Assembly: GCF_009914755.1 (NCBI RefSeq) | Contig: NC_060930.1 | Length of the DNA stretch: 64,000 bases | From: the human T2T-CHM13v2.0 reference genome, Homo sapiens | Strand: one strand, 5' to 3' | Shown: positions 32,384 through 45,599 of the stretch, piece after piece | Layout: each line of letters starts with the position of its first letter | Numbering within the stretch: position 1 is the first letter of the stretch | Notes under the pieces: generated by a model | What the model saw: the letters and a program-made list of their open reading frames with translations, nothing else | Told to the model about the DNA's origin: nothing | Database searches by the model: none | Position numbers and translations under genes: made by a program

Positions 32384-33169
32384 AAGATTACTAATATTTC
32401 AAGAATTTCTTTGTCATTGTTTCACTTTCTCAAAAATAATTGTGCTCTTGCTGCCCTGGAAGACTTATAAAACACATAATCCAGGCAAGAGGCTTAGCAC
32501 TAGAGGCTTCTACAGATTCCAGCCCAGAGAGTTGTTATTGAGGTCATCTTCTGAGTCTCTATCAAGATGAAGGGGAAAGCAGGCATATAGGGGTGATGGG
32601 CCAGGAGATTTGGGTACAATTTCAGGTCAGAGTCCTAATGAATAATGAGAGTACTTTGTGAAAGAAGCAAAGGGGAGAGAGAAGAAGCATGAGCAAGGGA
32701 CCAAGGTCTTGCCTCTGGGGAAAACTATAACAAGGTGAGGCTTCCCCACTCTAAAAATGGGCATGGCACCTTGTCACTTTGCAGCGTGGTGCCACTGTCA
32801 TGGTAAAAGAAAGCATTTTCTTCCTAGAAAGTTTCCTCCCATATGTCAGGTACTGGAAGATAACTTAGATTTGTGCTTTACAATTTACAGAGTACTGTTT
32901 CCCTATGTACTTGCCTTACTCCCTCAAAACCAGGTTGAGGTTGGTGCCATTGTCATCCTTAGTTCACATAAAAGGAATCAGATACAATTTTAAACTGTTT
33001 GCTCAGGAGCACATGGCTGGAGAAGGGAAGAGCATAAACTTGAGTCTGTGTTCTCTGATGCCAACCCCAGGTAATGTTTGGTTTACCATTTTATCACCCT
33101 AGAGAAATAGGTTTACTTTTAGAATTTATTGCAGTAACCTGATACTAAGTAACAAGTGCTTATCCTAAG

Positions 33170-33390
33170 AAGTTTAGCATGATAGTAAAGTGAGTAGACT
33201 TTGGAGTCAAAATTGCTGGAGTTCAAATCCGAACTCTATCACTCACCACAATGTGACCTTGGGCAATATTTTTAAACTGTTTGTTAATAATATTATTTAT
33301 TGCACAGAGTAGGTGTCTAAGAGTAAATGAGTTAACAAGCACAAAGCACTTAGAATGCTGCCCGGCACCTTTTACCGTCTGACAATTAGT
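33170..33390 (+). mobile_element. MIR (a second, inverted MIR at ~32870-33100)
   Basis: actttggagtca...gttcaaatcc...tgtgaccttgggcaa. Confidence 0.7.
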
Positions 33391-33464
33391 TCTAACCACA
33401 ACAGCAAACACCGTTGTTACCATAATTGATGCTTATTGTAATAATAATGAAAAGCATTTATTAC

Positions 33465-33604
33465 ATTTCTTCCAGCTCTGTGGGAATAAAATTTAGGTCT
33501 GAATGGCATGTTTTCAATGTTCATTTGAATCCTGCCAGGAATATATTAGGCACTGGAGAGCTGCGGTACTTTAGTAAATTATTGTTTCTATTCCCAGCCA
33601 ATAC
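33465..33604 (-). pseudogene. Pseudo-exon, phase 0-2: VLAGNRNNNLLKYRSSPVPNIFLAGFK*TLKTCHSDLNFIPTELEE
   Basis: tttcctgttccttaag acceptor, AT|GTAATA donor, 1 TGA. Confidence 0.65.
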
Positions 33605-33814
33605 CTTAAGGAACAGGAAATGTATATTCATTTTCTAAGGTGTTTTATTTATACCTCCCAAGCCATATCTAGGGATTCCTGGATTTATTGAGTTCTCTTT
33701 ACAATATTGAGTTCTATACTATTTGAGAGGGCTTGGAGTAAGAATGAATATTAATTCTAGAGATACACACACGTACCTTCCTCAATATGTTTCCCCCGCC
33801 TTATTTTATCTTCT

Positions 33815-35195
33815 GTGCTTCTCAGGGCTCAACCTTTGGATTTCTTCTCTTCTCTACCTGCATCTACTTCCTTAGAGTTATATTCCAGTCATATGACTTT
33901 AAATGGCAACACTATGCTAATAACTCTCAAATTTATGTCCTGGCTGGATTTTTCTTCTGAACTCCAAACTTGTATGTCTAACTCCACCTCATCCCTTGAA
34001 AGTCTGATGTGTCTCAAACTCAGCATAAGAAAACAACCCCTCCTGACGGTCCCCTCCAAACCTGCTGCACCTTTAGCTTCCCCCATTTCAGATGGTGTCA
34101 TCTCCATTCTTCCAATGGTTCAGGCCCCAAATCTGGGAGTCATCTGTGACTCTTCTCTTTCATACCTACATCCAATTTGTTAAAAAGTCCTGTTGACTCT
34201 ATCTTCAAAAGCAGTCCGGATTCTGGCTACTTTTCACCATTTCCATTACCACCACACTGGTCTGAGCCACCATATAAATTGGGAGCCAGTGTCCTCCTAA
34301 TAGGTCTCCATGATTCTACTCTCATTTTCCTGTAGTTCATTTTCAACACATCAGCTGGAATGATGCTTTTAGAATGTAAGTCAGATCAAGTTACTATGTT
34401 AGTGAGAATCTAGCGGCCTAGAGATCTGTCTTTTTTGAGCACCACCTCTTACCTCTCTGACCTACTTTCCTTCTCTTCTCCTTATTTATGTCTCTGCTGC
34501 TTCCAGCACCTTTGACCTTTTGTTTTTGCTGCCTGGAACACTCTTGCTCTGGCTGTCTGCCTGGCTAGCTCCCTAACATCTGTAAGTGAAGGTGCTGAAA
34601 TCCCACCTTCCCAGAGAGGCCTACGCTGATCACCCTATGTAATGCTGCACCCATGTCCCTGCTTGCTTTCCTGTCTTCCAGATTTCCCTGACCCTGATCC
34701 TCTTTCTTTTTTCCCTGGCACTGCTCCTAACAACAATTTGTGTCCACAATCCCCATCAAAACCCCCTGGGAACAGATGTGCTTCAGAATTTAGTCTTTTT
34801 CATATTTTAGCAGAGAATGCAGTGCATATACCATGTATTATATCTTAGTGAGTTGTGTTCTCAAATACATTGGTATTTCTGAAGCAAAACACAGAAATAC
34901 GTACATTAACTACAATAAGGACTGTACATAACTGCTTGTTACTTCAGGTCAGGTCAGTTTCACTGACAATTAATTTAAGAAAAACTACCAATTTTTAGAT
35001 CTCTTTGGACTTTGATTTGGCAGATAAAGGATTGTGGGCCTGTATATAATTATTTGTTGTGTTTGTCCCTCCACCGGAGTGGTAAACTCCTTGAGGGTGG
35101 TGTTCATGTTCTTTAAATCACTGACATACCCCAGATGCTGAGAACACCTTCTGGCACATAGTAAATGCTCCATGTATGTTGCTGGAATGAAAGAA
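33815..35195 (+). mobile_element. L2 LINE 3' part, interrupted by a MER46C-like element
   Basis: Degenerate L2 RT/3' motifs; ends ctggcacatagtaaatgctc...tgaa. Confidence 0.75.
34738..35042. mobile_element. MER46C-like Tigger-family MITE
   Basis: Terminal inverted repeats ccacaatcc...ggattgtgg. Confidence 0.6.
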
Positions 35196-35654
35196 TTTGT
35201 CATACAACTCTTCCTTTCTTTCTTCCGGGTTTAATGAGCTGGTCATTGTTTATTTAACATGTATTTATGCCTTACATATATGCTTTTCCATCTGGACTTT
35301 TCTTTCCTTTGATCCTTTAATTCTTCCCTTTGATCCTTTAATTATTCCCTTTTTCTACTTTTATGAAAGCAGTTCAGTCTTTCACAAGTTTAGGCCAATC
35401 TTACCCTCTAAGTGTTTCCTTGGAATGCAGTTTTTGATCTCCTTTTCCTATGAAATACTATGGTAATTGTTTTTCTATTAACACAGCATTTATATTCTAT
35501 ACTCATATACTTCATTTCTTTTATTAATATCTTTGGGGGTAAATAATCTTCACTCTACCTAAATTGCAAGCATCTTGAAAATAAGGGCTATAATCACCAC
35601 CACCACCAGCAGGGTGTTAAGTAAAGCTCTTATTTCACAGTTGTAGGCTCACCA

Positions 35655-36285
35655 TTTAACAAGCTATTATGTTTTGTGGTTTTTGTACTAGATGCTGGGA
35701 CTGTAGTGACCTATTTGATTCACTCCTTACCCTGACAAAATATACTTACTGACTAGTGAGGGGAAAAAAATAGGCTATTACAACAGAATTGCTAGGAGCT
35801 ATGGTAAGGGAAGAATTGGGGACTATGTTCAGTTAGCCCTGCCTTGGAGGAACAGGTATCCTCCTTAAAGCACTGGCAGCTAAGATGCAACATAAAAAAT
35901 AGAAGTCACCCAAAGGAGGAGGAGAGGGGAAGTGGAAAGAATGTTGCAAGCAGAGGGGACTCCATCTACAAAGACCTGGAAGTGAGAGAGCGAGGGTATG
36001 TCATTAGATAAGGCGCTCAGTAGATGAACTAAAGGCATTTTGGGTAGTTGGTATACAAGTCGCGAGGGAGGTGAGTGGTGGATTGAAAGATAATCCTGGT
36101 CTTGAGGGAGGCAGAAGCCAGACTGTAAAGGGTGTTGAACATCATCCTAAAGAATTAAGGCTTATTATAAGAAAAGTGGTGAATTATTCAAGGGCCTTGA
36201 TGTGCTCAGACTTGCATTTTTGAAAGATGACTCTAGCTGCACTCTGAAGAATGAATTGGAGAGATGAAGGCTGGAAATAGAGCAG
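35655..36285 (-). mobile_element. L2 fragment
   Basis: gtactagatgctggga...agacttgcatttttgaaagatgactctagctgc. Confidence 0.6.
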
Positions 36286-36747
36286 TTTTTGTTTTTTTCT
36301 AGTATTTGTGGAAATGCCTTCCTGAATAAATATGCTTGATGTTCATCAAGCCCATGTAGGATGGAAAATAAATCTTAATGATTATGCTGAGGAGAGTATA
36401 GGAATATGGTTATGCATTTATTGATTAAAAGATATTGGCTTTTATTTTATGATCTTTGGAAAATAGATTTCCCCAAACTAAAAGTAAAATGCATCCATGA
36501 AACATCTGAGTGGCAGGCATGTGTTCTACAAAACAGGATGCAATACAGGTTGAGCCAACCCCCTGACAGCAGAGATAGAGACTCCAGAGGGTAGGGAAAG
36601 GACAGGTCAGATATGTAACAGAAAGATTGACAGTGACAAATGGGGTGTGAACTCTGGGAGAATGAAAAGCCCAGTGCACTTCACACTCTATCCTGATGAA
36701 AGCAACCCTCAGAGACCCTTAAAGAAATGAATCTGTTAAACAGATGC

Positions 36748-36880
36748 CTTCAATGTGTCACTTGCAGACAAAGCTTCCTTTGCTAAAACCCCTCTTAGAC
36801 GATGAATAAGTCTGGTGAGAGGAATAATTTGTCAAACTAATTTATTATAGTCCAAGGAGGTCTCTGAATAATAGGAGACA
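36748..36880 (-). pseudogene. Pseudo-exon, phase 2-0: VSYYSETSLDYNKLV*QIIPLTRLIHRLRGVLAKEALSASDTLK
   Basis: ccttctattccctag acceptor; AAG|GCATCT (GC-type or mutated) donor; 1 TGA. Confidence 0.6.
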
Positions 36881-37401
36881 CTAGGGAATAGAAGGTAGTC
36901 ATCTAGTGGATTGTTAGTAACTCTCTTCCCTCGAGACTGAGGCCTCTGTTTATTTATTTGTTTTTGGTTTTGTTGCCTGCATGAGGCTAACATTGTTCTC
37001 AGCAATTTGGTTTTGTTAATAATAGTCTTTTGTTTGTTCATTTTGAAAATGAGAAAATGTGAACACTGTGTGGGAATGCTGTATTTCAAATAGGATTCAC
37101 AAGGGAAAATTGGGTCTGCAACTTAAAGCTATGGAGAAAACAGGAAATGGTACAGCCTGCTGCTGCTTCGTTGCTTGGGTATGAATCTATAGGATTCTCA
37201 GGGAAAGGACAACTAAAATTGGGCTTGTAAGGCAGTATCTTCTGCTAGTGAGCTCCCTCAGAAGAGCTTGCAACCCAAACCCAAACCACTAAGCACTGCA
37301 AAGGAACTTTTATTTTTTGCTTTTGTACAATAAGAAAAAAAATCACCCTGCCAAAACAAAACAAAACCAATTTATCAGTAACGAAATGGGAAAATTATCA
37401 C

Positions 37402-37515
37402 CATTCTGATAGAAATAATCATGTTTCAAGAGAAATTGTTAACATATCTGTATTGGGCTGCACATTTCTGAAGGAATTATTTTCCTTGGTCATGGTAATG
37501 GCTGTATTTGTCAAA
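37402..37515 (-). pseudogene. Pseudo-exon, phase 2-2: LTNTAITMTKENNSFRNVQPNTDMLTISLET*LFLSE
   Basis: About 45-nt pyrimidine tract plus TAG; TG|GTGATA donor. Confidence 0.6.
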
Positions 37516-37584
37516 CTATTATAAAGAAAAAAGAGAAAGAAAATCAGAAAGGGAGAGAGAAAAAGAGAACATAAGTGAGCTTAT

Positions 37585-37680
37585 TCCAGTGAGATGCTCC
37601 ACGAACATTATTTTCAGGTGTGAGGTTGTCCGTACTGTATCCAACCAGTATTCAGCCCAGTTTTTTTTAGCCTCAGTTTT
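37585..37680 (-). pseudogene. Pseudo-exon with decayed donor: KTEAKKNWAEYWLDTVRTTSHLKIMFVEHLTG
   Basis: Open frame; donor reads ATAAGC (GTAAGC with G>A); phase to the next exon is broken. Confidence 0.4.
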
Positions 37681-38176
37681 CTAACATGCATATTTCATGA
37701 TCTCCATAGCAGCATTTTAGGAGTTAAACAATTAATGTCTCACAAAAGAATTTAACGATTTCAGAAGTTAATAGAAAACCTAAAATAAAATTATTCCCTA
37801 ACTATCAGGGCAAGAAATACCAAGACAAGGATTATAAAGAAATCTTCACAGCATGGTAGAAAGATGTAAGGGCTCTGAATCTGTGAGCTGTAATATTTTA
37901 GAAAAATATTCTATCAAAATTTATTATTCTGCCAAATGAGAAGTTTGGACTAGATGATCTCTCTGGCCCTTTTCAGATCTAAAAATCATTATATGAAGTG
38001 GACATATTTAAATCCAGACAGGATTGCCAGGTTTTGGAGGTCCTATAATGAACAGGATATGGGCCCTATCTTTGCAGGTTCACATAATGTGGCATGAAGG
38101 TCTCATTTTGTGCAGATGTGCAAATTGAGTAGTATTCTTGCTATTTGTTTCTGAAACATATTAATGTGTTTCATAC

Positions 38177-38318
38177 AAAGGCTTTCCAGTGAAACACAAG
38201 TAAATGCTAATCTATATGGCCCGTTGGTGGATTTTTCATGCTTTTGAATTTATAAGGGTCTCTTCAGCCTGTGTTGATGTACAACTGGGGGTAGACTTTT
38301 AGAGTAACCTCATAGATA
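38177..38318 (-). pseudogene. Pseudo-exon, phase 2-0: IYEVTLKVYPQLYINTG*RDPYKFKSMKNPPTGHID*HLLVFHWKAF
   Basis: TTT|GTATGA donor, phase fit, 2 stops in 47 codons. Confidence 0.6.
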
Positions 38319-38444
38319 CTATAGCTCATGGAGGTTTGTTTGTATGTGTTTGCACAAACATGTACAAATTTACTCTTTAATTTGGCGCTAAGTCTCCCAA
38401 TGCTGAATTATACTCACAACCACTCATTCTACCCACACACATAC

Positions 38445-38555
38445 TTTCAGCACAAAAATTCTTTGAACTCAACTCTAAATGGTCAAGGGCCTGACCAGAT
38501 GATTCCGTAAGAGAAATTTTATCTACTTTCCTCCTGGACCTCAAGAGAAGAAGCA
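38445..38555 (-). pseudogene. Pseudo-exon, phase 2-2: ASSLEVQEESR*NFSYGIIWSGP*PFRVEFKEFLC*
   Basis: tcttccctgcttgtgtcag acceptor, AA|GTATGT donor, phase fit. Confidence 0.55.
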
Positions 38556-38901
38556 CTGACACAAGCAGGGAAGAGCATTCTAATCTGAATTCTGAGAGCT
38601 TTGCCTGTTAGTTTCCTGCCAGGCACAAGTTTGAGTAGACAGTGCTGTCCAGCACATGCGTTGTCTAGGTCTGCCGGCCGTGGCTGTCAGTGGGTTCTAT
38701 GGTTCTAAGGTGAGCCTCCTAGAATGGCACATTTCAATGTCCACACGACAATAATTTGTAATACTAATCAAAGTCTTTTATTCTATCTTTATAGTTTTAG
38801 AATGTTCTGACTCTCATGAAAGAGTATTTCCTCTGAAAATGCATTTCTGGGAAAATGCCTAATACTCCAATGTTACTTTTTTTTTCCCCCTAAAAGTTCA
38901 C

Positions 38902-38975
38902 TCAGATAATACACAAGACCTTTTTGGACTTTGAACATTCCTTAGCCAGATGTTCAACAGCAAATATTTTCTCAG
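38902..38975 (-). pseudogene. Pseudo-exon, phase 0-2: LRKYLLLNIWLRNVQSPKRSCVLS
   Basis: Strong ttttttcttctttttttccag acceptor, GA|GTGAAC donor, open frame. Confidence 0.65.
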
Positions 38976-39239
38976 CTGGAAAAAAAGAAGAAAAAAACAG
39001 TGAAACTTGTCAGCAATGGTGAGAATTATCAGTATCAGTGAACACTTTTTTTTTTTTTGCTTTTGCATGGGAGACTGGCAAAAATATTTGAAATATGACT
39101 CTCAGACCTATCCTTAATATACCTTAATAAATTCCAGCTCTGGAGTAGCAAAAGAAAACTGAAACTGGAGACTGCAGAGCGTACAAAAATATGGAACATA
39201 TTCAGAAGTTATTACTATTCATTCTACTTCCAATCATAC

Positions 39240-39343
39240 ATTCTCTCAACCTCTATGTGATAAATGAAACTTCAGTGTATGTTTGCATTGCCATTTATGA
39301 GTTTCAAGAATAAATGACCTGATTTTTTTTGCAGAGGTGTTCC
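39240..39343 (-). pseudogene. Pseudo-exon, phase 1-0: NTSAKKIRSFILETHKWQCKHTLKFHLSHRG*EN
   Basis: tcctctag acceptor, AAT|GTATGA donor, single TGA. Confidence 0.55.
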
Positions 39344-39910
39344 CTAGAGGACTTAAAGGTAACTGAAATATCTTTGGCCCAGAATGTTTCTTCATAGCTT
39401 TGATGCCAGAGAATTTAATTGAATATGAAAACCCACTTAGGAATAAAAATCTGAAGGCAATTTGGGCATTGCATTATGGGGCTAAGCCAAATATTTCAAA
39501 AATACTGTACCTCAAATGAAATTTTCATACATTTGGCTGGTTAACTAAATATGATTAAAAAATTTCCTGGAGAAGGAACTGACTTTTTGAATCCATGATA
39601 TTAAAAAGAATGCTAAATAAATTGGAACACAAGAAACCATTGGTTTGGGGCAAGCTTGAAAAGTAACAGCTTTTTATCAGCAGAGGAAATATATTAATTC
39701 CCTTGGTCTGGTCTTTCCCTTCTTTGCCTTGAAGCTATTAGGGTCCACTTTATGGTCTCTCCCAGCCTGTATGATCACTCGTTCCCCAGCTAAAGTGATT
39801 TGAAAAAGAACTAGAATCCACTCTGCTGCTTTCTCCCACAATGCTCAGATTCTAAAGGGTTCTCAAATAAGAATAGGCAAAGCAGTGTCCTTTTAACTCA
39901 GAATACCTAC

Positions 39911-39969
39911 GGATTCAGACTTGGGTTCTTTCAATTATTGACTTGGGATCTTTCCAAATCTGAATCATC
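39911..39969 (-). pseudogene. Pseudo-exon, phase 2-1: MIQIWKDPKSIIERTQV*I
   Basis: ttatctatag acceptor, C|GTAGGT donor. Confidence 0.5.
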
Positions 39970-40032
39970 CTATAGATAAGGCTCCTTCATTGTGACATGG
40001 TAAATTATCTTATAATTAAAAACTAAGTCGTA

Positions 40033-40348
<316 letters not shown>

Positions 40349-41152
40349 TTAGAAACATTTTAAAGAAACTACAGTCAAAAGTGGCATACCAGTACACTAT
40401 AAACCACCATTTAAAATTTTGGCATTTTAACTTTGAGAATGTGACATTGGTTACTTGAAATTTGAATGTTAGGACATAAATCTTGGAAATATTTGGGCTT
40501 AGTTAAAGAGCAATCTCAACTTATAAAATGTTATCACCGTGAGCTTTTTGGTAGATGTTAAAAATCCTTTAAGAAATCTCTTGAGTTTAATGAAGATACA
40601 TTTTTTAATTGAAAATTTGAAAAAATGCCCCTTGCTTGAATGAGTAGAGTTGATGATGCTCAGGTTGCAAAGTTAGGGAAATGTGGTCAAGGGAGTCACC
40701 TACCTGCTCAAATCCTTCTTATGGTAAAAACTGAGTGTAGGGAATTACCATTATTTATTCTCATCCCATCTCTTTCCCTCAGTAGAAAGAAAAATTGTTG
40801 ATTAAATTTTATATTTATTACCCAAGCCATATTTAAATTATTATATTATATTAAGTTACAATACATAACTTAAGTGGAAATATCAGAAGGCTTATTTGTT
40901 TTGAAAGGGATTAGCAAAATATTTGGAAATTTCTATTGTATTATTCACTCTTTGAATAATGCTGGTATCTGTGATTTGATTGAAAGGAATGTTTTCAATT
41001 ATGATTGAAACACCTAAAGTCAGCAAAGCTGGATGAAATTGTGCCTTTATTACACCTTGATGTTATATTTCTACTGGAAGGGTAGACAAGCAATTGACAT
41101 ACAAATAATTGAATATTCATTTGCTGTTCACACCAACCTGAAGCCTGATTAC

Positions 41153-41294
41153 TTGCTAGAGAGCTGCCTTTCACTTCCTCAAACCATTTTCCAGCACCTT
41201 TTGATTTCAGAATTGGCCCAAATGCAAGGAACCAAAAGTACAGAATGTACTGCCAGAAAATTTCTTTGCGTTTCTGCTACTGGAAGCCAATAGG
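41153..41294 (-). pseudogene. Pseudo-exon, phase 1-2: YWLPVAETQRNFLAVHSVLLVPCIWANSEIKRCWKMV*GSERQLSS
   Basis: tttgttttaag acceptor; donor AA|GTAATC (alternative AG|GTTGGT at 41138, same phase). Another frame is also nearly open, so the frame is less certain. Confidence 0.55.
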
Positions 41295-41469
41295 CTTAAA
41301 ACAAATATTCTAAGGGAAATTGTAAAGGACATACCACATATGTTTATACATGATATAAAATAAAGCCACATACTATTATTAAATCTTAGAGTGGCACTTT
41401 CTCCTAATATTACCTGGTTTCAAACTGGCCAATTAACAATTAGCTATTCACAAAACTGCCCAATTACTA

Positions 41470-41640
41470 ACATCACTTAGGTGGTATTAAAAAATACACA
41501 GGTCAGGTCTTTGAGTAAGTCCTCCTTACTTCCTTCTTAAGAGTTTCTAATTCAGTAGCATTGGACAGTGTCCCAGGAGGTTTTTAAAAAGATCTCTGGG
41601 TGGTTCTGAAGATAGACCACATTTCAGATCTTCTCACTTT
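41470..41640. mobile_element. MER5-like hAT fragment
   Basis: tttctaattcagtagc...ggtggttctga. Confidence 0.45.
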
Positions 41641-41775
41641 AACCACCTATTAGCCAGGTACCTCAGCTCCTTTGGAGATGGAGTGAATAAAGTGAATCTT
41701 CCACTTGCATACCAAATACTAGAGTGCACTGCTTTAAGACTAATCTCTGGTATTTGCAATTATATATGCAAATAC

Positions 41776-41872
41776 CAACATAGATGAAAGAAGAACCTAA
41801 ACAATTATAGTAACGGGAAATCCATTCCTGAAGCTGTTGACTTCAATCTTAGAAATGGCTGGAAATTTCTTC
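41776..41872 (-). pseudogene. Pseudo-exon, phase 0-1: EEISSHF*D*SQQLQEWISRYYNCLGSSFIYV
   Basis: ccctctag acceptor, TG|GTATTT donor, phase fit. Confidence 0.6.
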
Positions 41873-42430
41873 CTAGAGGGATCAAATTTAGGTATAAAAA
41901 TTGAAAGTTGTCCCTCAGTGGAATGAAAGTGTCCTGGGAGACCAAATGCTAGAATTTTAACACAGTATCTTTTATTTCCTTATGAAATTCTATTTTCTTA
42001 TTACAAAAGTAAAACTTAGAAAATAGAAAAAATATTTTTAGAATTAGAAAATAAATGAAGGTACAGTGTTTGAGTGACTTTGCAACTACCACAAGGAAGC
42101 AGAATTCTAGCCCTGCTGCAGAGCTGTTGCTCTCAACAGCCATGGAGGGCCTACTGGGAGGATGAGTAGACAGGTTGTGGATGTGAACTTGCAATTTCCT
42201 AAACCTCCCCTCTGCTCCTGCATTTCTGTTTTAACATAAATATTTAGGTGGTAGAAAATTAATTAGGAAATCTTTAGGTTAGTTGGAGACATGCTGTGGT
42301 ACTACAAAAATAGCTTAGGAACCATAGATCTCAATTTACCTATCAGGCTGGGTTTTTGCCTCAGCTTTTTATTCTTTAAACATTACCAAAGGGAAAAGAG
42401 AGAATTTTACAAATAACTAGAAACTTTTAC

Positions 42431-42578
42431 CTGTGATGCATTTTATTTTCCTTTCCTTGGTAAAATAATTCTGATTTTTTTCTTTAGATCTGAAAACTCC
42501 CCTAAATGACCACTGTAAATTTCTGCAAATTTCCAGATATAAGCAAACATCTCAAGAAAATATCTTATTTTTTTCAGA
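42431..42578 (-). pseudogene. Pseudo-exon, phase 2-0: LKKIRYFLEMFAYIWKFAEIYSGHLGEFSDLKKKIRIILPRKGK*NASQ
   Basis: CAG|GTAAAA donor, 1 stop in 49 codons, phases fit both neighbours. Confidence 0.65.
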
Positions 42579-42872
42579 CTAATTTAACAATTGGATACCG
42601 GTTTCTTATAAACAGTCACTTTTAACTCAGGCTGTGAATTCAGAAAAGAAAAATATGAGCCCTCTCAACAGGGTTTGCTATTTTAGGAGTCTTCTAAGCT
42701 TCTGTGCTCGGTCATGCTTAGCTAACACAAAGCTCTCTCCCCGGGAAATCAGCCATCTTAATTGCTCAAGCTTTCATTGAAGAATATTGAAAGTGACCAG
42801 AGCCCAGAGGGTCAGAGTCGTAATGATGAATATTTATTACTATTCTTATGTCCTCATTGATTAGTGACACAC

Positions 42873-42945
42873 AGAATCATCTCTATGTTTTTAGTATCAT
42901 GTAATCTGCATCGAATCACTTTCTCTGGAAACCTTGACCCCGTTT
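42873..42945 (-). pseudogene. Pseudo-exon, phase 1-2: TGSRFPEKVIRCRLHDTKNIEMI
   Basis: tttaacag acceptor, CT|GTGTGT donor, open frame. Confidence 0.55.
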
Positions 42946-43076
42946 CTGTTAAATCACATGTACACTATTAAATGATTTACAAGCTGCCCAGTTTAGCTTC
43001 ATCTTTTACATCTCTCTAGTGATTGCATTTCTATTTTTTTAACAACAAACTTCTCATAGGTCAAAGAAAGCCTCAC

Positions 43077-43336
43077 CTCAAAGAGGTGAAACTCCCTTTT
43101 CCTTCTCATTCAGTTTGATGAAACAGGATTGGAACTCACTGTTTCTGAACTATCATTCTCAGTGCTAGGTAATATGGCAGCCCAGTGCTGCTGAGTGATG
43201 GAAACCTCCAGGCTGACATCTGGTGTTGGATCATTTTAGACACAAAGGAAATCCACTTATTCTGAGGCTGCTGTGGAGGCAGCCGGCCAGCAGTTAAGCA
43301 ACAGCATAAAGATCATGCTTGCCCAACTTTGAAATT
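43077..43336 (-). pseudogene. Pseudo-exon containing the candidate start ATG (43316): MIFMLLLNCWPAASTAASE*VDFLCV*NDPTPDVSLEVSITQQHWAAILPSTENDSSETVSSNPVSSN*MRRKREFHLFE
   Basis: Very long pyrimidine tract plus AG; A at -3 of the ATG; GAG|GTGAGG donor; 80 codons with 3 stops. Confidence 0.65.
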
Positions 43337-43796
43337 CTAAAAAAATGAAAAGAAAAAAAAAAAAAGGAAAGGAAAGAAAAGCATCTGTCCAGCATCTGTT
43401 GTTAGAAACTTTCTCCCTGTTATGAACCTCAGGATGTCTGTTTCTAGAAATGTCAGTTCACCAGGTAACATTGCTAAGACCAATATAATGTAGGATACTG
43501 ATAATGTGGGGAAATGAAGTAATAAAAACAGGAATCCTGTCTCTGTTAAGGTAAAATCCTATCTAAGATACAGAGATCCAGTTGTGTTTTAGGGTACATA
43601 TCAAGACATCTAGACTAATAAGCCCTCTGTTTAGTTTCAGATTTCTTCCAAATAGTCTTTTTATATCCTCAATAACTAGTTTTTCCCATTCCCAGTACCC
43701 CTTGCATAGTTTTTCATATATAGGGGATATTCAGTCAATCATTTTTGAAAGACACTCAATCTGTTAAAGTTTGTCAGATAATTTAAAAAAGCTTTA

Positions 43797-44075
43797 GGGT
43801 GGGTGCAGTGGCTCACTCCTGTAATCCCAGCATTTTGGGAGCCTGAGGTGGGAGGATTGCTTGAGCCCAGGAGTTTGAGAGCAACCTGGGATTGCCTTTA
43901 TGAAAAAAAAAATTAGCCGGCTGTGTTGGCACATGCCTGTAGTCCCAGCTACTTAGGAGGCTGAGGTGGGAGGATCAGGGAGGTCGAGGCTGCAGTGAGC
44001 CATGATTACGCCACTGCAATCCAGCCTGGGTGACAGAGTGAGAGTGAGACCGTATCCCCCCACTCCCCCAAAAAA
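43797..44075 (+). mobile_element. AluJ with internal deletions
   Basis: Alu dimer missing parts of both arms. Confidence 0.85.
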
Positions 44076-44169
44076 GAGCTTTGATCTGTTAGATTTCTTT
44101 TGTTTTTTTCTTATGAAAAATTTCCAACAATCTGCAGTTTCTATTGAATTTGGAAAAAACTTTGGTTTG

Positions 44170-44468
<299 letters not shown>

Positions 44469-45599
44469 TGGTTTGCTTTCATGTATTTTATGATGAAATA
44501 TTTCAAACATAAAAGAATATAGACAATAATATAATAAACACCCACATACCCATGAACAATCATTAAAAAGAAATAAACTTTGTCCCATGTTGTTTGTTTC
44601 AGATATCTTTTTAAAAAGAAGCAGAATATCGCAGATAGAGTTGAAGCTCCTAACACTCCAGGAATCTGTTCTCTTTTCTTTCCTCCCTTTCTCAGAGGGT
44701 GCTGCTACTTAGAGTTCGATGCATGTCACGCTCATGCATGGCTCATCAGTACATACTTACACCTTTTACTGTATAAGTTGCATATATTTTATTATTTCAT
44801 TTACTATATAAGCAATACATATTTTACTATGTATATATTTACTTACAAGATAGTTGGCAACACACTGTATTTACAATTTTCAAATTTTCTCTTTTTACTT
44901 AATATTATATTTTTGAGATTTACTGTCTATTCATCTAGCTTCTCCAACTTTGGAAAAGAAAGTTTTTTTGTTTTTAATAATTTTCAATTTATTATGAACC
45001 AATGTCTTATTAAAATGTAATAAAATAAATTATTAGAAACGTAATAAAACACATCAAACTTTTTTATTATTTCATTTAACAGATAAAAATTATTCCAAGT
45101 TGCTATAAAAGTTTCTAAATATTTCCTCTCAATTTTAGTTCTCATCTTGACATAGATTGATAACAAATGACTTACGAACTGACACTGATCCACAGAACAT
45201 GCTTTGAGTATAATAGGTGTATATCATCTACTTTCACCACTGTACATTAGTTTATGGTCTGTAATTGTACCATTTATTTATTAACTACTCTTTTAGTAAG
45301 TGCTTATTTCTAGTTTTTTGCTATCCCTAACAGTGCTCCAATGAATATTGTGACCTAGTATATGGCTCCTTGTGCCTAAGTCCCAGAATGCAATTGTTTA
45401 GTCAAAAGATATTATTGCCTTCTTCCTCAGTGGTCTTAATACATTTTGCTTGCATTGTCCTAAAATAATTTTGAAAACCTAAATAAACTCTCACACATCT
45501 AAATATATATATATACACACATATTAATAAATGTTACATGATACCATTATATATAAATATATGTGTGTAATTTTAGAAATGTGTGTATTCACACGCTAG

